Positions 28,522 through 39,079 are shown, counted from the first letter of the stretch. The stretch is DNA of 64,000 nucleotides from Proteobacteria bacterium UBA6503 (GCA_002436405.1 DJLZ01000001.1:782001-846000); one strand, 5' to 3'. Numbers and translations: made by a program. The notes: a model not told the origin generated them from the sequence alone.

Positions 28522-29292
28522 TTAGTTAAATACGTTTACGCGGCCTGCTGGTGGCAAAATAGCATTCAGCATAACTTCAAGCTGGCGTGGGTTTTCTTGC
28601 TTAGCAACCGATTGTACAGTGGTTGCGTAAATACGGCGTAGCTCAACTTCAGCGCGGCTGTTTTTTTCCATTTTCGAGGCTAGTGGTGTAAACACCATGT
28701 TTGCCAAAATCGCACCGTAAAGGGTGGTCAAAAGGGCAACCGCCATCGCAGGGCCAATAGCTGATGGGTCAGACAGATTCCCCAACATTTGTACCAGACC
28801 AATCAACGTACCAATCAGACCCATAGCAGGGGCAAGCTCAGCACTGCGGCGCAGGATTGAAATTGTGCGTTCGTGGCGTTCCATCATGCTTTCGGTGTCG
28901 TCTTCCATAATGGTGGCAACAGCTTCTGGGTTAACGCCGTCAATGGCCAGCATTAGGCCTTGCTGAACGTAAGTATCGTTCAAGGCGTCAATATCGGCTT
29001 GGATGTTCAAAATACCGTTCACACGGGCTTTTTGTGCAAGCTCAACCATGCTTTTTGCTTCTTCTGAGGCATTAGGTAGTTTGAAAACCAACATACGGGC
29101 CACAATACCTTGGGCGCGCATAATTTCAGGGATTGTAAAGCTTACAGTCGTGATGGCAAATGTACCGCCGATAACAATCAAGATTGATGGCGGGTTAATA
29201 AAGCCAGCAACGTCGCCGCCCAATGCAATTGCAATGGCAACGAAAACAAAGCCAATCAGCAGGCCAAAGATGGTTGCTAGGTCTAAGTTCAA
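28522..29292 (-). CDS. motA: Flagellar stator protein MotA/PomA
   Basis: 256 aa, 4 TM. 'AMGLIGTLIGLVQMLGNL' MotA/TolQ/ExbB signature. Confidence 0.88.
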   Translation of the reverse strand: MNLDLATIFGLLIGFVFVAIAIALGGDVAGFINPPSILIVIGGTFAITTVSFTIPEIMRAQGIVARMLVFKLPNASEEAKSMVELAQKARVNGILNIQADIDALNDTYVQQGLMLAIDGVNPEAVATIMEDDTESMMERHERTISILRRSAELAPAMGLIGTLIGLVQMLGNLSDPSAIGPAMAVALLTTLYGAILANMVFTPLASKMEKNSRAEVELRRIYATTVQSVAKQENPRQLEVMLNAILPPAGRVNVFN

Positions 29293-29329
29293 AGCTCTAC
29301 CCTTTTATTCTTTTTATATGTGGGGTGGG

Positions 29330-29692
29330 TTACTTAACTGATTTAACAATCTCGGTCATGGTTACGCCGAGTTTGTCTTCGTCAGTAATAACAACTTCAC
29401 CACGGGCAACCAAACGGTCGTTTACGTAGATGTCGATGGCTTCACCAATTTTACGGTCAAGTTGAACCACAGCACCACGGCCTAGTTTTAGAAGTTTGTT
29501 AATTTCCATTTGGGTTTCACCCAATACAGCGCTTACACGCACTGGAATATCGTAAACGGCTTCAAGGCCAGCATCGCTTGAGGCTTCTGCTGCCGGAGTG
29601 CTTTTGGCAACGTCGGCTACGTCAAGTTCGTCAAGGCTAAGACCCTTCTTCTCAGGGGCTTCAGTGGCTTCTGTTTTTGGCGTATCTGTCAT
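29330..29692 (-). CDS. fliN: Flagellar motor switch protein FliN
   Basis: SpoA domain ('VRVSAVLGETQMEINKLLKLGRGAVVQLDRKIGEAIDIYVNDRLVARGEVV'). Confidence 0.92.
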   Translation of the reverse strand: MTDTPKTEATEAPEKKGLSLDELDVADVAKSTPAAEASSDAGLEAVYDIPVRVSAVLGETQMEINKLLKLGRGAVVQLDRKIGEAIDIYVNDRLVARGEVVITDEDKLGVTMTEIVKSVK

Positions 29693-29768
29693 GTTTTTGG
29701 CCTTTTTCTTTGTTAAGTCTTTTTATTATACGTTTTCTTAGCGGTAACGCAAAATCTATTGGCAAAAC

Positions 29769-30758
29769 CTATTCTTTTGGTTCTGGCTGTTTAATTTCTT
29801 CAGAGGGTTGAGCTTCGTCGGTTTCAGGTGTTTCTGATACGTCAGGCGCAGCTGGCTCTAAATCTTCTTGAGCTGGGCCTACCTGTTGTTCAATCTGTTG
29901 CTCTGCCTGTTGCTCGGCTTGTTGTTCAGTGGCCTGTTGAGGTTCTTGCTCTGCCTCTTCTTTAATAAGGTCTTGTGCTTTTACGGCTTCTTTTTGCTTC
30001 TTTTTGTAAGAAGGTGAGGCCGCAAGCAGAATATCAGTCAGTTGTTGCAAAATGTCGGCCTGGCTTAGGGTAAGGCCGCCATTTTCCCATTCAATAATGC
30101 AGTCGCCAATCTCTAGCTCAGGGCTTTCTTTAAAGTGCTCGGGCTTAAGGTTGGTTTTTAGGCCTTCAGCTTCTGCAATGTGGTTTAGCAAAAACTCTTT
30201 AGTGTCAGGGGCTGTTTTAACCGCCAATACTTTTTCTTCACGCAGGGTATCTAGTAGTTTATCTGCTGTGCGCTTAAGGATGGTCTCAGGGTAGTTTTCC
30301 TGAGCATCAGCCATAAGGCTTGGCAGTAGGCCAGCTAGTAGGCGCACGGCCTTTTGGCTCATCTCGGCACTGAGCTCTTCCTTTAATAGGTCAATTTGTT
30401 TCAGCGATTCAGCAAAGGCACCAACGTGGGTGTTGATTTGCTGCTTAAAATCTTCCGAAGCTTGGGCCTTACCATCGGCAAGGCCTGCGGCGTAACCAGC
30501 AGATTCTGCTTGTGCAAGGTCTTCTTTAGTAATGGCAGGGGGTTGGGCAGGTTCAAGCTGGTCGTTGCTTGCTTCCATACCTTCAGCAGTTTGGTTGCCA
30601 TCTGGGTTGGCTTCATTGCTTGCTTCGGCAATGGCTTGGTCAATCAAGGCTTTTTCTTCGGCTGCGGCCACATCAATCTCGAAAAAGTCGGTATCAAAAA
30701 GGTACCGATCAAAAGATCGGGACTCTTCTCGAGAAATCACTTTATCGTTATTTGCCAT
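29769..30758 (-). CDS. fliH: Flagellar assembly protein FliH (FlbE-like) with a Glu/Gln-rich C-terminal tail
   Basis: Position between fliG and fliN. FliH-like central coiled coil. Low-complexity C-terminus. Confidence 0.7.
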   Translation of the reverse strand: MANNDKVISREESRSFDRYLFDTDFFEIDVAAAEEKALIDQAIAEASNEANPDGNQTAEGMEASNDQLEPAQPPAITKEDLAQAESAGYAAGLADGKAQASEDFKQQINTHVGAFAESLKQIDLLKEELSAEMSQKAVRLLAGLLPSLMADAQENYPETILKRTADKLLDTLREEKVLAVKTAPDTKEFLLNHIAEAEGLKTNLKPEHFKESPELEIGDCIIEWENGGLTLSQADILQQLTDILLAASPSYKKKQKEAVKAQDLIKEEAEQEPQQATEQQAEQQAEQQIEQQVGPAQEDLEPAAPDVSETPETDEAQPSEEIKQPEPKE

Positions 30759-30802
30759 GGGGCATACCTTTAATTAATAGTTCTATTTATTAGTAGAGAA
30801 GC

Positions 30803-31807
30803 TTAGTAAACAAAGTCGTCTTCGCCGCCTTCTTCACTAATAATAATTTCACCAGCGTCAGCTAGGTCTTTCGCAACCACAACAATCGCTTGTTGGGCTT
30901 CATCAACATCTTTCACGCGAACAGGGCCCATAACATCCATGTCTTCTTGCAGGATTTTCGCTGCACGCTCCGACATGTTTGAAAGGAACTTCTCTTTAAG
31001 TTCGTCGCCGGCACCTTTAAGGGCAACAGCAAGTTGGTCTTTGTCCAAATCGCGAAGTAGAGTCTGGATGCCTTTGTCGTCGGTTTTCATTAGATCTTCG
31101 AATGTGAACATCAATGAACGAATGCGTGTGGCATCTTCTGCACGGCGTGCTTCAAGCATTTCCATAAACTTGCCTTCGGTACCACGGTCAAAGCTGTTAA
31201 AGATTTCAGCCATCATCTCGTGGGTGTCGCGCTTGTTACGGGCAGCTAGGTTCTTCATAAATTCAGAACGTAGCGTTTCTTCAACAGTATCAACAACCTC
31301 ACGCGGGACGTTATCAATAAGGAGAATACGCTCAATAACCTCGTAGGCAAATTCACTTGGCAGCATAGCTAAAACTTTAGCGGCGTGCGTTGGGCGAATC
31401 TTCGACATAATCACCGCGACAGTTTGCGGGTATTCGTTCTTAAGGTAGTTGGCCAAAATGTCTTCACTTACGTTTGACAGTTTTTCCCACATGGTACGAC
31501 CAGCAGGGCCACGCATTTCTTCAAGAATATCGCCAACCTGTTCTTCGGTCATGAATGACTTAAGAATACGTTCGGTCGCCTGAAGTGAACCCACCAAATC
31601 GCCGCCTGAGGCCACGTCGTCTGTGAACTCAGCCATCACGCGCTCAACATCGTCGCTTGAAACACGGCCCAAAAGCGCCATTTCACGAGAAATGTCGCGG
31701 ATTTCGTGTTCTTCGAGCATGCTGAACATCTGCGCTGCTTTCTCTTCACCGATCGAAAGCATAAAAATCGCTGCGTTGCGTGCGCCTTGTTTTACTACAC
31801 GAGCCAT
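30803..31807 (-). CDS. fliG: Flagellar motor switch protein FliG
   Basis: 334 aa FliG with the C-terminal torque helix motif. Confidence 0.95.
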   Translation of the reverse strand: MARVVKQGARNAAIFMLSIGEEKAAQMFSMLEEHEIRDISREMALLGRVSSDDVERVMAEFTDDVASGGDLVGSLQATERILKSFMTEEQVGDILEEMRGPAGRTMWEKLSNVSEDILANYLKNEYPQTVAVIMSKIRPTHAAKVLAMLPSEFAYEVIERILLIDNVPREVVDTVEETLRSEFMKNLAARNKRDTHEMMAEIFNSFDRGTEGKFMEMLEARRAEDATRIRSLMFTFEDLMKTDDKGIQTLLRDLDKDQLAVALKGAGDELKEKFLSNMSERAAKILQEDMDVMGPVRVKDVDEAQQAIVVVAKDLADAGEIIISEEGGEDDFVY

Positions 31808-31849
31808 TGGCTTATAGGTTCCTTATTAATAATTAATACTCTGTTCCCC

Positions 31850-33460
31850 TTATGGGGTTGACTCTGGTGCCAACCAGCTACGAATAACTGACACACTCTG
31901 GTCTGGGTTGTTATCAATGATTTCGGTCACTTTCTTAATGGTTGACTGTCGTACGCGACCCTCAACCTTCGCAAGGTCAATCATAGTTTCTTCATCTGAG
32001 CCTGCGGCTACGCTATCGCCGCCTGCAGGTTCAAGGGCGTTTTGTAGCTGCTGAGCTGATTTAGCTGCAGCTTCACGCTGGGCTTGGCTTGCTTTTTGTG
32101 AGGCCTTCAAGATTGGGCGTACTACAAATAGCAAGATCATCGCTAGGCCAGCAAACAGTAGGCCGTATTCTGTTAGGCGCAAAATGTCGTCACGGCTAAG
32201 GAGAGGCGGCTCGTAGAACTCGGCACTATCCATAGCTTGGAATGGCATATCAATAAGTTCAATTTGGTCGCCACGCTCTTGGTCAAAGCCAATGGCGCGC
32301 ATTACAAGCGCTTGTAGTTTTTCACGTGTGGCATCGGCCATCGGCACGTATTGCTCTTCACCGTCAATGGTGGTGTAGTCGCCTTCAACCAAAACAGCCA
32401 CGCTTAGGTTTTCAATCTCGCCACCTTCACGAACAAAGGTACGTACGGTACGTGAAATTTCGTAGTTAATGGTCTCTTCAGTACGGCCATCGCTTTCAGT
32501 ACGTGAAACCTGGAAGCCTTGTGGGTCTTGCCCCGGTACGTTGGCGGCAAGGCCAGCTGGTGGGCCTGGTTCTGTGTTTTCAGCGTTGCGTTGTTCTTCT
32601 ACACGCTGCTCAGAGCGCACAACTTGTTGCTCTGGGTTAAAAATCTCTGCGTTTTCTTCAACACGGTCAAAGTTAACGTCGGCGTTTACTTGGGCAATCA
32701 CGTTACCTTGGCCTACAACACGCTCAAGCAAGCGGACGATGCTTGCTTCGTATTCTTCTTCCAAGCGGTCACGGAATTTAGCAGCGGCACTGTTGGCGGC
32801 GGTGCCGTCTTCTTTTGCCGTATCAGATGAAAGTAGGTTACCGCGGTTATCAACCACCGTTACGCTTTTAGGGCTAAGGTCTGGCACGGCAGCGGCAACA
32901 AGGTGAACAATGCTGTTCACTTGCTCGTTTTCAAGCATGCGGTTGCCAAGGTCTAGCGTTACAGATGCTGTAGCCTTTACTTGGTTGCGTGAGAAGAGTT
33001 GGCGCTTAGGCAGTACAATATGTACACGGGCACCCTTAACCATCGGGATAGAAACAATCGTACGGGCAAGCTCACCCTCAAGGGCACGGCGGGCGTTAAT
33101 ATCTTGGACGAGGGCGGTGGTACCAAAGCTTGAGGTGTTATCAAAAATCTCGTAGCCAGTGGTGTTGTTACCCACAAGGCCTTCACCTGCCATTTGTAGA
33201 CGAAGCATACCAACCTGAGAACGCGGTACGAAAATTTGGCTATCACCGCGAAGTTCAAAATTAACATCCATTGCAGCAAGGCGGTTTACAACCTCGCTCG
33301 CTTCAGAAGCTTCAAGGCCGCCGTAAAGAAGTGCTAAGTTTTGCTGGCTCAAGCGTGAAGACACAGCCAGCATAAAGCCAATCAACATCACGGTAACAAG
33401 GCCCATGGCAATGAGGCGCGCTGCGCCGATGTTCTTGATGAAGTTGTTTAATCCGTCCAT
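31850..33460 (-). CDS. fliF: Flagellar MS-ring protein FliF
   Basis: FliF/YscJ domain. Start placed at the Met of 'MDGLNNFIKN' (33460) because a sigma-54 promoter lies at 33501-33516; the longer ORF to 33517 would include the promoter. Confidence 0.9.
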   Translation of the reverse strand: MDGLNNFIKNIGAARLIAMGLVTVMLIGFMLAVSSRLSQQNLALLYGGLEASEASEVVNRLAAMDVNFELRGDSQIFVPRSQVGMLRLQMAGEGLVGNNTTGYEIFDNTSSFGTTALVQDINARRALEGELARTIVSIPMVKGARVHIVLPKRQLFSRNQVKATASVTLDLGNRMLENEQVNSIVHLVAAAVPDLSPKSVTVVDNRGNLLSSDTAKEDGTAANSAAAKFRDRLEEEYEASIVRLLERVVGQGNVIAQVNADVNFDRVEENAEIFNPEQQVVRSEQRVEEQRNAENTEPGPPAGLAANVPGQDPQGFQVSRTESDGRTEETINYEISRTVRTFVREGGEIENLSVAVLVEGDYTTIDGEEQYVPMADATREKLQALVMRAIGFDQERGDQIELIDMPFQAMDSAEFYEPPLLSRDDILRLTEYGLLFAGLAMILLFVVRPILKASQKASQAQREAAAKSAQQLQNALEPAGGDSVAAGSDEETMIDLAKVEGRVRQSTIKKVTEIIDNNPDQSVSVIRSWLAPESTP

Positions 33461-33500
33461 ACCCAACCTGAAGCATAAAATTATTGTTATAGTGAATGCT

Positions 33501-33516
33501 AGCACAAACCGTGCCA
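33501..33516 (-). promoter_or_regulatory. Sigma-54 (-24/-12) promoter of the fliF-fliG-fliH-fliN-motA-flbD operon
   Basis: Minus strand reads TGGCAC-ggttt-gTGCt (GG and GC spaced exactly as in the TGGCAC-N5-TTGCA consensus), ~30 nt upstream of the fliF ATG. Confidence 0.7.
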
Positions 33517-33650
33517 ACCCACCAAGAGCGGGGCACTTAAAGTGTGGTATTTAGGGTGCAAGGGGTGTGGTATGATTACCTCAATTGATATTCCTGAAGA
33601 AGGCACTATAATAAACATATGCCCTATGCAGGGGTGGCATTTTTCAGAGA

Positions 33651-33670
33651 TGTCAGAAAATGTCAGAAAA
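33651..33670. repeat. Perfect tandem direct repeat (tgtcagaaaa x2) in the fliF/flagellin divergent control region
   Basis: tgtcagaaaa-tgtcagaaaa, preceded by tcagaga. Candidate regulator-binding site. Confidence 0.5.
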
Positions 33671-33878
33671 AATATGGAATTTATTTCGTATTAAATACAA
33701 TGACTTACAGGTATAAATTTAATTTTGTCAGATTTTTTACAGGCAAAAATTTGTAAGGCAGTGTATAAAAGAAACGTGACGGCAAGGCTATAAGAATGAA
33801 TCTTAACGACCAGCCCCGACACAATGTGAGCATGTAGGCTCCACTAAAACATTAAATCCATGTAGGAGAATAAATATC

Positions 33879-35105
33879 ATGACTCTGTCTATTAACACAA
33901 ACGTAAGTGCACTAACCGCGCAACGTAACCTTTCTACTTCAAGCAACCGTTCAGCAACATCTATTGCTAAGCTATCATCAGGCTCTCGTATTACGACTGC
34001 TAAAGATGACGCTGCTGCTTTGGCTATTGCTTCAGGTCTAAAGCTTGACTTGGCTTCATTGCGTGCTGCACAGTCAAACGTATCACAGGCAACTGCTATT
34101 CTACAGATTGCTGATGGTGGTTACTCACAGCTTGGTGAAGTATTCAACCGTCTACAAACTCTAGCAACATCTGCTCAGTCTGACCAGATTTCTGCTACAG
34201 AGCGTGGCTTCTTGAACACTGAATACCAACAGCTTCTAAGCGAGATTGACCGTATTGCCGACTCAACCGAATTTAACGGTATTGAGCTACTTGGTGGTGC
34301 TGCTAGTCTTGACATTGACCCTGGTACTCTAGGTACAGACATGGTTCCTGCTAACGGTTTCGTTGGTTTCGAATTCAACGCTTCTGTACGTACAGCTGGT
34401 GAATCACTTGAAGTAACCTACGATGAAGTAACACAAGTATTCAGCGTAAGCGTATACGATGCTGCTGGTGGTTCAGGTGCAGGTAACCTTGTTGCAAGTC
34501 AGTCAGTTGATCTGAACGACTTGGCAGGTGACCCATTTAACCTAGGTGGTACAGGTACACTTGATGCTGGTAACACATTCGAAATCAACTTCGGCTCAAT
34601 CGGTCTTAACATGACTGTGAACAGCGACTTTGATACAGCTGCTGCTGGTGGTTTCGGTGGTGACTTCGCAACTGGTGGTGTTGACATCCTAGCGGGTGCC
34701 GGTACTACAGCTACCAACCTTAACTTCCTAGTAGGTGTAGCCACAACCGACGTAGTAAGCATTACGCTTCAAGTTGGTAACGCTGCGGCCCTAGGTGTAG
34801 GTGGTACTTCAGTTGACAACATTGCCAACGCTCAAGGTGCTGCTACAGCGATTGATACTGCTGTACAGAACTTGAACACCGCTCGTGCGACTTTGGGTGC
34901 AACCCTAAGCCGTCTAGAGTTCGCTGGCTCAAACGTAGCCATTCAGGTTGAAAACTCAGAAGCTGCTCGTTCTACTCTAGAAGACGTGAACGTAGCTGAA
35001 GAGTTCACTAACTTCACAAGCTCTCAGGTTCTTGTGCAGGCTGGTGTATCAATCTTGGCTCAGGCTAACCAGCAGCCTTCACTATTGCTACAGCTTCTAC
35101 AGTAG
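33879..35105 (+). CDS. fliC: Flagellin (copy 1)
   Basis: Conserved flagellin N-terminus ('LSINTNVSALTAQRNL') and C-terminus ('QVLVQAGVSILAQANQQPSLLLQLLQ'). Confidence 0.93.
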   Translation: MTLSINTNVSALTAQRNLSTSSNRSATSIAKLSSGSRITTAKDDAAALAIASGLKLDLASLRAAQSNVSQATAILQIADGGYSQLGEVFNRLQTLATSAQSDQISATERGFLNTEYQQLLSEIDRIADSTEFNGIELLGGAASLDIDPGTLGTDMVPANGFVGFEFNASVRTAGESLEVTYDEVTQVFSVSVYDAAGGSGAGNLVASQSVDLNDLAGDPFNLGGTGTLDAGNTFEINFGSIGLNMTVNSDFDTAAAGGFGGDFATGGVDILAGAGTTATNLNFLVGVATTDVVSITLQVGNAAALGVGGTSVDNIANAQGAATAIDTAVQNLNTARATLGATLSRLEFAGSNVAIQVENSEAARSTLEDVNVAEEFTNFTSSQVLVQAGVSILAQANQQPSLLLQLLQ

Positions 35106-35144
35106 TAACTGGACGAAGCTTCTCAATAGAGGAAGCATACTAAA

Positions 35145-35179
35145 GGGAAGGGGCGCATCAGCGCCCCTTCTTCTTTTTG
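35145..35179 (+). terminator. Rho-independent terminator after flagellin 1
   Basis: gaaggggcgc-atca-gcgccccttc followed by a T-run. Confidence 0.8.
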
Positions 35180-35308
35180 CATTTTGTTTGGGCGACTAAG
35201 CTCCTCTGCTTGTGTTCGTGTATTGATATACACTTCACACGGCGCAAAGAAACTTATTCATCCCAAACAAAGATGCAAAAAACATCTTTCCCTCCTGACT
35301 TCAGATTT

Positions 35309-35324
35309 TGGCATGGTTCATGCA
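35309..35324 (+). promoter_or_regulatory. Sigma-54 promoter of flagellin 2
   Basis: TGGCAT-ggttc-aTGCA matches the TGGCAC-N5-TTGCA spacing exactly, 64 nt upstream of the ATG. Confidence 0.7.
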
Positions 35325-35387
35325 ACTACTCCTATATAAGTGCGGCGAAGGTATGCAGCACAAACCAATTAAAAAGGGGAAAGAACC

Positions 35388-36572
35388 ATGGTTCTATCAA
35401 TCTTATCAAACTCAGCAGCGACAGTAGCTCAGCGTAACATGCAGCTTACTGAACGCAGTGTAGAGCGTACATTTACTCGAATTAGTTCAGGTCAACGCGT
35501 ATTTAGTGCACGTGAAGATGCGGCATCTCTTGCTATCGGTACAGGTCTTCGTATCGATGTTGCGGCCCTTCGTTCAGCACAGATTAACGCAGCAACCGGT
35601 ATTTCAACTCTTCAAGTTGCCGATGGTGGCCTAGGTGAAATTGCAAGCTTGCTTTCACGTATGGGTGCATTGGCATCACAAGCGCAGAACGAGGCAATCT
35701 CAGATACTGAGCGTGGCTTCCTTGATAACGAGTACCAACTTCTAAAAGAAGAAGTAACACGTATCACAGCGCAAACACAGTTTAACGGCCAGCCCCTACT
35801 AGGTGGCGCAAGTGGCGTAGGTATTAACACACAAGGTGCCAACGTTGATGCAGCTGCTGGTTTTGCAGCCTTCGAACTTGACCCTGATAAAGTAGCGGGT
35901 GGTGATCAGTTTACCGTTGAGTACGATGCTTCAATCGGCATCATGCGTCTAAACAACGTAACGCAAGGCCGCTTCCAGGATGTATTGATTCCAGCGGGCC
36001 CAGCGCCAGGTTTCACAAGCTCTTACAACTTCGGTGACCTTGGTGTGCAAATTACCTTCTCAAGTGCCTTTAACGCGGCAGCTTCAATTGGTAACCCACC
36101 AATTGGCGTAGCCCCAGGGCCAGGTGCCACTGAAACTTTTGACACTGTTGCAACCGCAACAGCCGTACCAGCAACGCTTGAGTTCCAAATTGGCCCAGGT
36201 ACCGCTGCTGCTGACCGTATTCAGGTAACATTGCCGCTGGTAACACTATCTGGCCTAGGTTTGGCAACAACAGACATTACCTCACGCTCAAACGCTGAGT
36301 TTGCTTTCCAGCAGCTTGAATTGGCTGTGGATTCAGTAAGTGCCTCACGTGCACAACTGGGTGCTAACCTTTCACGTATGGAAGCGGCAATCTCATCAAT
36401 TGATGTTGCGGTAGAAAACACTGAAGCTGCCCGCTCACGCATGCTAGACGCTAACGTAGCGGAAGAAGCCAGCAACCTAGCCTCACAACAGGTGTTGCTA
36501 CAGGCTGGTGCAGCCATTCTAGCGCAGGCTAACCAGCGCCCAGAAGTGTTGCTACGCCTACTAGAAGCATAA
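35388..36572 (+). CDS. Flagellin (copy 2)
   Basis: Flagellin D0/D1 termini with a divergent central region; ~45% identical by eye to copy 1. Confidence 0.93.
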   Translation: MVLSILSNSAATVAQRNMQLTERSVERTFTRISSGQRVFSAREDAASLAIGTGLRIDVAALRSAQINAATGISTLQVADGGLGEIASLLSRMGALASQAQNEAISDTERGFLDNEYQLLKEEVTRITAQTQFNGQPLLGGASGVGINTQGANVDAAAGFAAFELDPDKVAGGDQFTVEYDASIGIMRLNNVTQGRFQDVLIPAGPAPGFTSSYNFGDLGVQITFSSAFNAAASIGNPPIGVAPGPGATETFDTVATATAVPATLEFQIGPGTAAADRIQVTLPLVTLSGLGLATTDITSRSNAEFAFQQLELAVDSVSASRAQLGANLSRMEAAISSIDVAVENTEAARSRMLDANVAEEASNLASQQVLLQAGAAILAQANQRPEVLLRLLEA

Positions 36573-36694
36573 GCGACTACTTTGATAAAGAGTACGATAC
36601 AGAGTACAAAGCAGACTGACGGCCAAGGGTATTAAACCACTTGGCCATCGTCTGAAAAAATTAGAGACCATAACCAAAAGAAGGAAGAACGGAT

Positions 36695-37126
36695 ATGCAA
36701 TTGCCATCTCTTTTGCAAGGGCTGACGACTGCCACACCAAACGGTGGGGTGGACGGGCTTGAGCAACAAGGTGTTGGCCAAAGCAAACAGCAGCAACAGG
36801 CGCAAAGTTTAAGTAAAAGTGCCCAAATTTTAAATAATCCTGCTGATCCTAAACCTAATGGCAAGGATATTGACTACAGGTTTAGGCTAAACCCCGTTTT
36901 GTTCGAGGCGTTGGATAAGGCTGTCAGTTATATGAACCGCGTTCTAGAGCCCGATGGTTTGCAGATGGAAGTCCAGAGAAATGAGGACGATACCCACATT
37001 GCAGCTATTGTTAAGGACTTGAAAAACGAAGGGAATATTTTAAAGGAATACAGTCCCCATGATGTGCTAAGATTCTATGCAGATAGTGGTTATGGCACAG
37101 GCGTTGTTGTTGACGGTAAAATTTAA
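36695..37126 (+). CDS. flaG: Flagellar protein FlaG
   Basis: FlaG-family C-terminal pattern ('LQMEVQRNEDDTHIAAIVKDLKNEGNILKEYSPHDVLRF'). Position between flagellin and fliD. Confidence 0.65.
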   Translation: MQLPSLLQGLTTATPNGGVDGLEQQGVGQSKQQQQAQSLSKSAQILNNPADPKPNGKDIDYRFRLNPVLFEALDKAVSYMNRVLEPDGLQMEVQRNEDDTHIAAIVKDLKNEGNILKEYSPHDVLRFYADSGYGTGVVVDGKI

Positions 37127-37230
37127 CAACAACTGACAGTTATTTTAGTTAAAATTAATGCCTGCCCCTATAAGGTATTAGGAAGCAAGGTAGGCTTTTA
37201 ATAAATGAGGCAAGATGCCGGAGGACACAA

Positions 37231-39018
37231 ATGGTTGATAGTACCAATTTCTTTACACAGCTTAATGGCGGTTCAAGCCAGATTTTAGGCTTGTCATCAG
37301 GGCTTAATACACAGGAAATCGTGCAAGCGCTGGTCGCGGCACGTCGTCAGCCTGCCGTGCAGCTTGAAAGCAAGGTAACCGCAAACGAAGCGCGCCTTGA
37401 AGCATACTCAGAGCTGACCGGACTTATTACAGATTTTAAAGCCTCGCTAGACGGTCTACGCGGTGAGGTAGGCTTTTTCGCCGATTCAATTTTCGATAAC
37501 AAAGTAGCGTTTACGCAGTCACGCCCAACAACAACTGCTCCGGGTGGCCATGTGGCCTCTCAGGCTGACAGTATTTTAGGTGTATCAGTAACCGATAAGG
37601 CCGAGCCTGGTGTACACACTGTAGAAGTTGTATCACTTGCCCGCTCGCACCAAATCCGTACGGATGCTGTGGCTGACCGTTCAGCGTCACTTGCGAGCCA
37701 AGGTATTGCCATTGGTACATTTGATGTGAACGGCCAAACCATTAACGTTGATGGTGACGATAGCCTGCTTGACCTGCGTGACAAGATTAACGCTTCAGGT
37801 TCAGGTGTGCGTGCAACTGTTGTATCAGCTTCACCAACCCAGAATTTCTTGGTACTTAACGCCGAAGAAACTGGTGTGATTAACACCATTGATCTTGCGG
37901 GTGGCACAGGCACAAGTGATAGCCTAGGCCTAACCGATACAGGTGCGATTAAAAACGAACTTCAAGCCGCAACAGATGCGACGATCCGAGTGAACAACTT
38001 GGGTGTAGACGTAACACGTTCATCAAACACATTTGACGATGTGATTGAGGGTGTAACGATTGACTTGTTCCGTGCTGAGCCGAACACCGAGATTGAAATC
38101 GAGATTGAAAACGACCTTGGTACCGTTAAAGAAAGTATCATCAGCTTTGTAGATGCCTACAACGCCTTGAAAGACTTTGTTGACGACCAACGTAAAGAAA
38201 TTGTGCGTACCGAAGGTGGCGAAGCTGAATACGGCCCGCTTGCATTCGATACAACGCTACGTTCAATGATGACTCAGGTTGACCAATTGGTTGGTCGTAT
38301 TATTCCGGGTCAGCCAACAGGTGCCCAAACAATTGGCCAGATTGGTATTGAGTTGAACGACAACTACCGTCTTGAAATTGACGATGACACACTTGATAAC
38401 CAGCTATTGACCAACTTCCAGAACATTCGTGGTCTATTCGAATTTAACTTCGAAAGTAACGACTCACGCGTGACCTTGGCAGGCTTTAACGGTCAGGTTG
38501 CGGGTCAGGTTGATGCGTCAGGTAACCCAATTCCATACTACTTGAACGTTGGCCCGACTGATGCTTCAGGTAATTTGACCTCAGCAAACATTCAAACTAC
38601 GGCTGGTGCCGGTGCGGGTGGTGGTGCTGACGGCACAACCACAGTAAATGGCCAACAGGTGACTGCGCTTGATACAACTGGCGCTAACGGCTTGCGCGTA
38701 TTCTACGATGGGGGTGCATCAATGCCAGGTGTTGATAACATCGAGGTTACTGTAACCCGTGGTTTTGCTGACCAACTGTTCTACGTGCTTGACCGTTACG
38801 TTAACGAACAAGGCGGCGGTACAATTTCAGAAAACACGCAAAACATTGTGCGCCAAAACGACAACTACAACCGTCGTATTGGTGATATTGAGTCACGTGT
38901 TGAGTTGTTCCGTGCTCGTACTGTGGCCCGCTTTGCCGCAATGGAGCAAGCTGTACTAACAGCGAACAACTTGAGTGAAAGCCTATCAAGTGCGTTTGAA
39001 AGCGCAAACAGCGACTAG
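37231..39018 (+). CDS. fliD: Flagellar filament cap protein FliD
   Basis: FliD N- and C-terminal coiled coils ('...ISENTQNIVRQNDNYNRRIGDIESRVELFRARTVARFAAMEQAV'). Confidence 0.9.
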   Translation: MVDSTNFFTQLNGGSSQILGLSSGLNTQEIVQALVAARRQPAVQLESKVTANEARLEAYSELTGLITDFKASLDGLRGEVGFFADSIFDNKVAFTQSRPTTTAPGGHVASQADSILGVSVTDKAEPGVHTVEVVSLARSHQIRTDAVADRSASLASQGIAIGTFDVNGQTINVDGDDSLLDLRDKINASGSGVRATVVSASPTQNFLVLNAEETGVINTIDLAGGTGTSDSLGLTDTGAIKNELQAATDATIRVNNLGVDVTRSSNTFDDVIEGVTIDLFRAEPNTEIEIEIENDLGTVKESIISFVDAYNALKDFVDDQRKEIVRTEGGEAEYGPLAFDTTLRSMMTQVDQLVGRIIPGQPTGAQTIGQIGIELNDNYRLEIDDDTLDNQLLTNFQNIRGLFEFNFESNDSRVTLAGFNGQVAGQVDASGNPIPYYLNVGPTDASGNLTSANIQTTAGAGAGGGADGTTTVNGQQVTALDTTGANGLRVFYDGGASMPGVDNIEVTVTRGFADQLFYVLDRYVNEQGGGTISENTQNIVRQNDNYNRRIGDIESRVELFRARTVARFAAMEQAVLTANNLSESLSSAFESANSD

Positions 39019-39079
39019 TCTTAATAACTAGTTTAGAAATTTAATTTAAAACAATACAACCGAAGGGAGCTTCAGGCCC

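Noticed and set aside
33518-33878. Possible sigma-28 (FliA) promoter upstream of flagellin 1 ('TAAG...GCCCCGACA')
   Set aside because: The spacing between the putative -35 and -10 elements is ~3 nt too long and both hexamers are poor. It cannot be supported without a genome-specific FliA motif.
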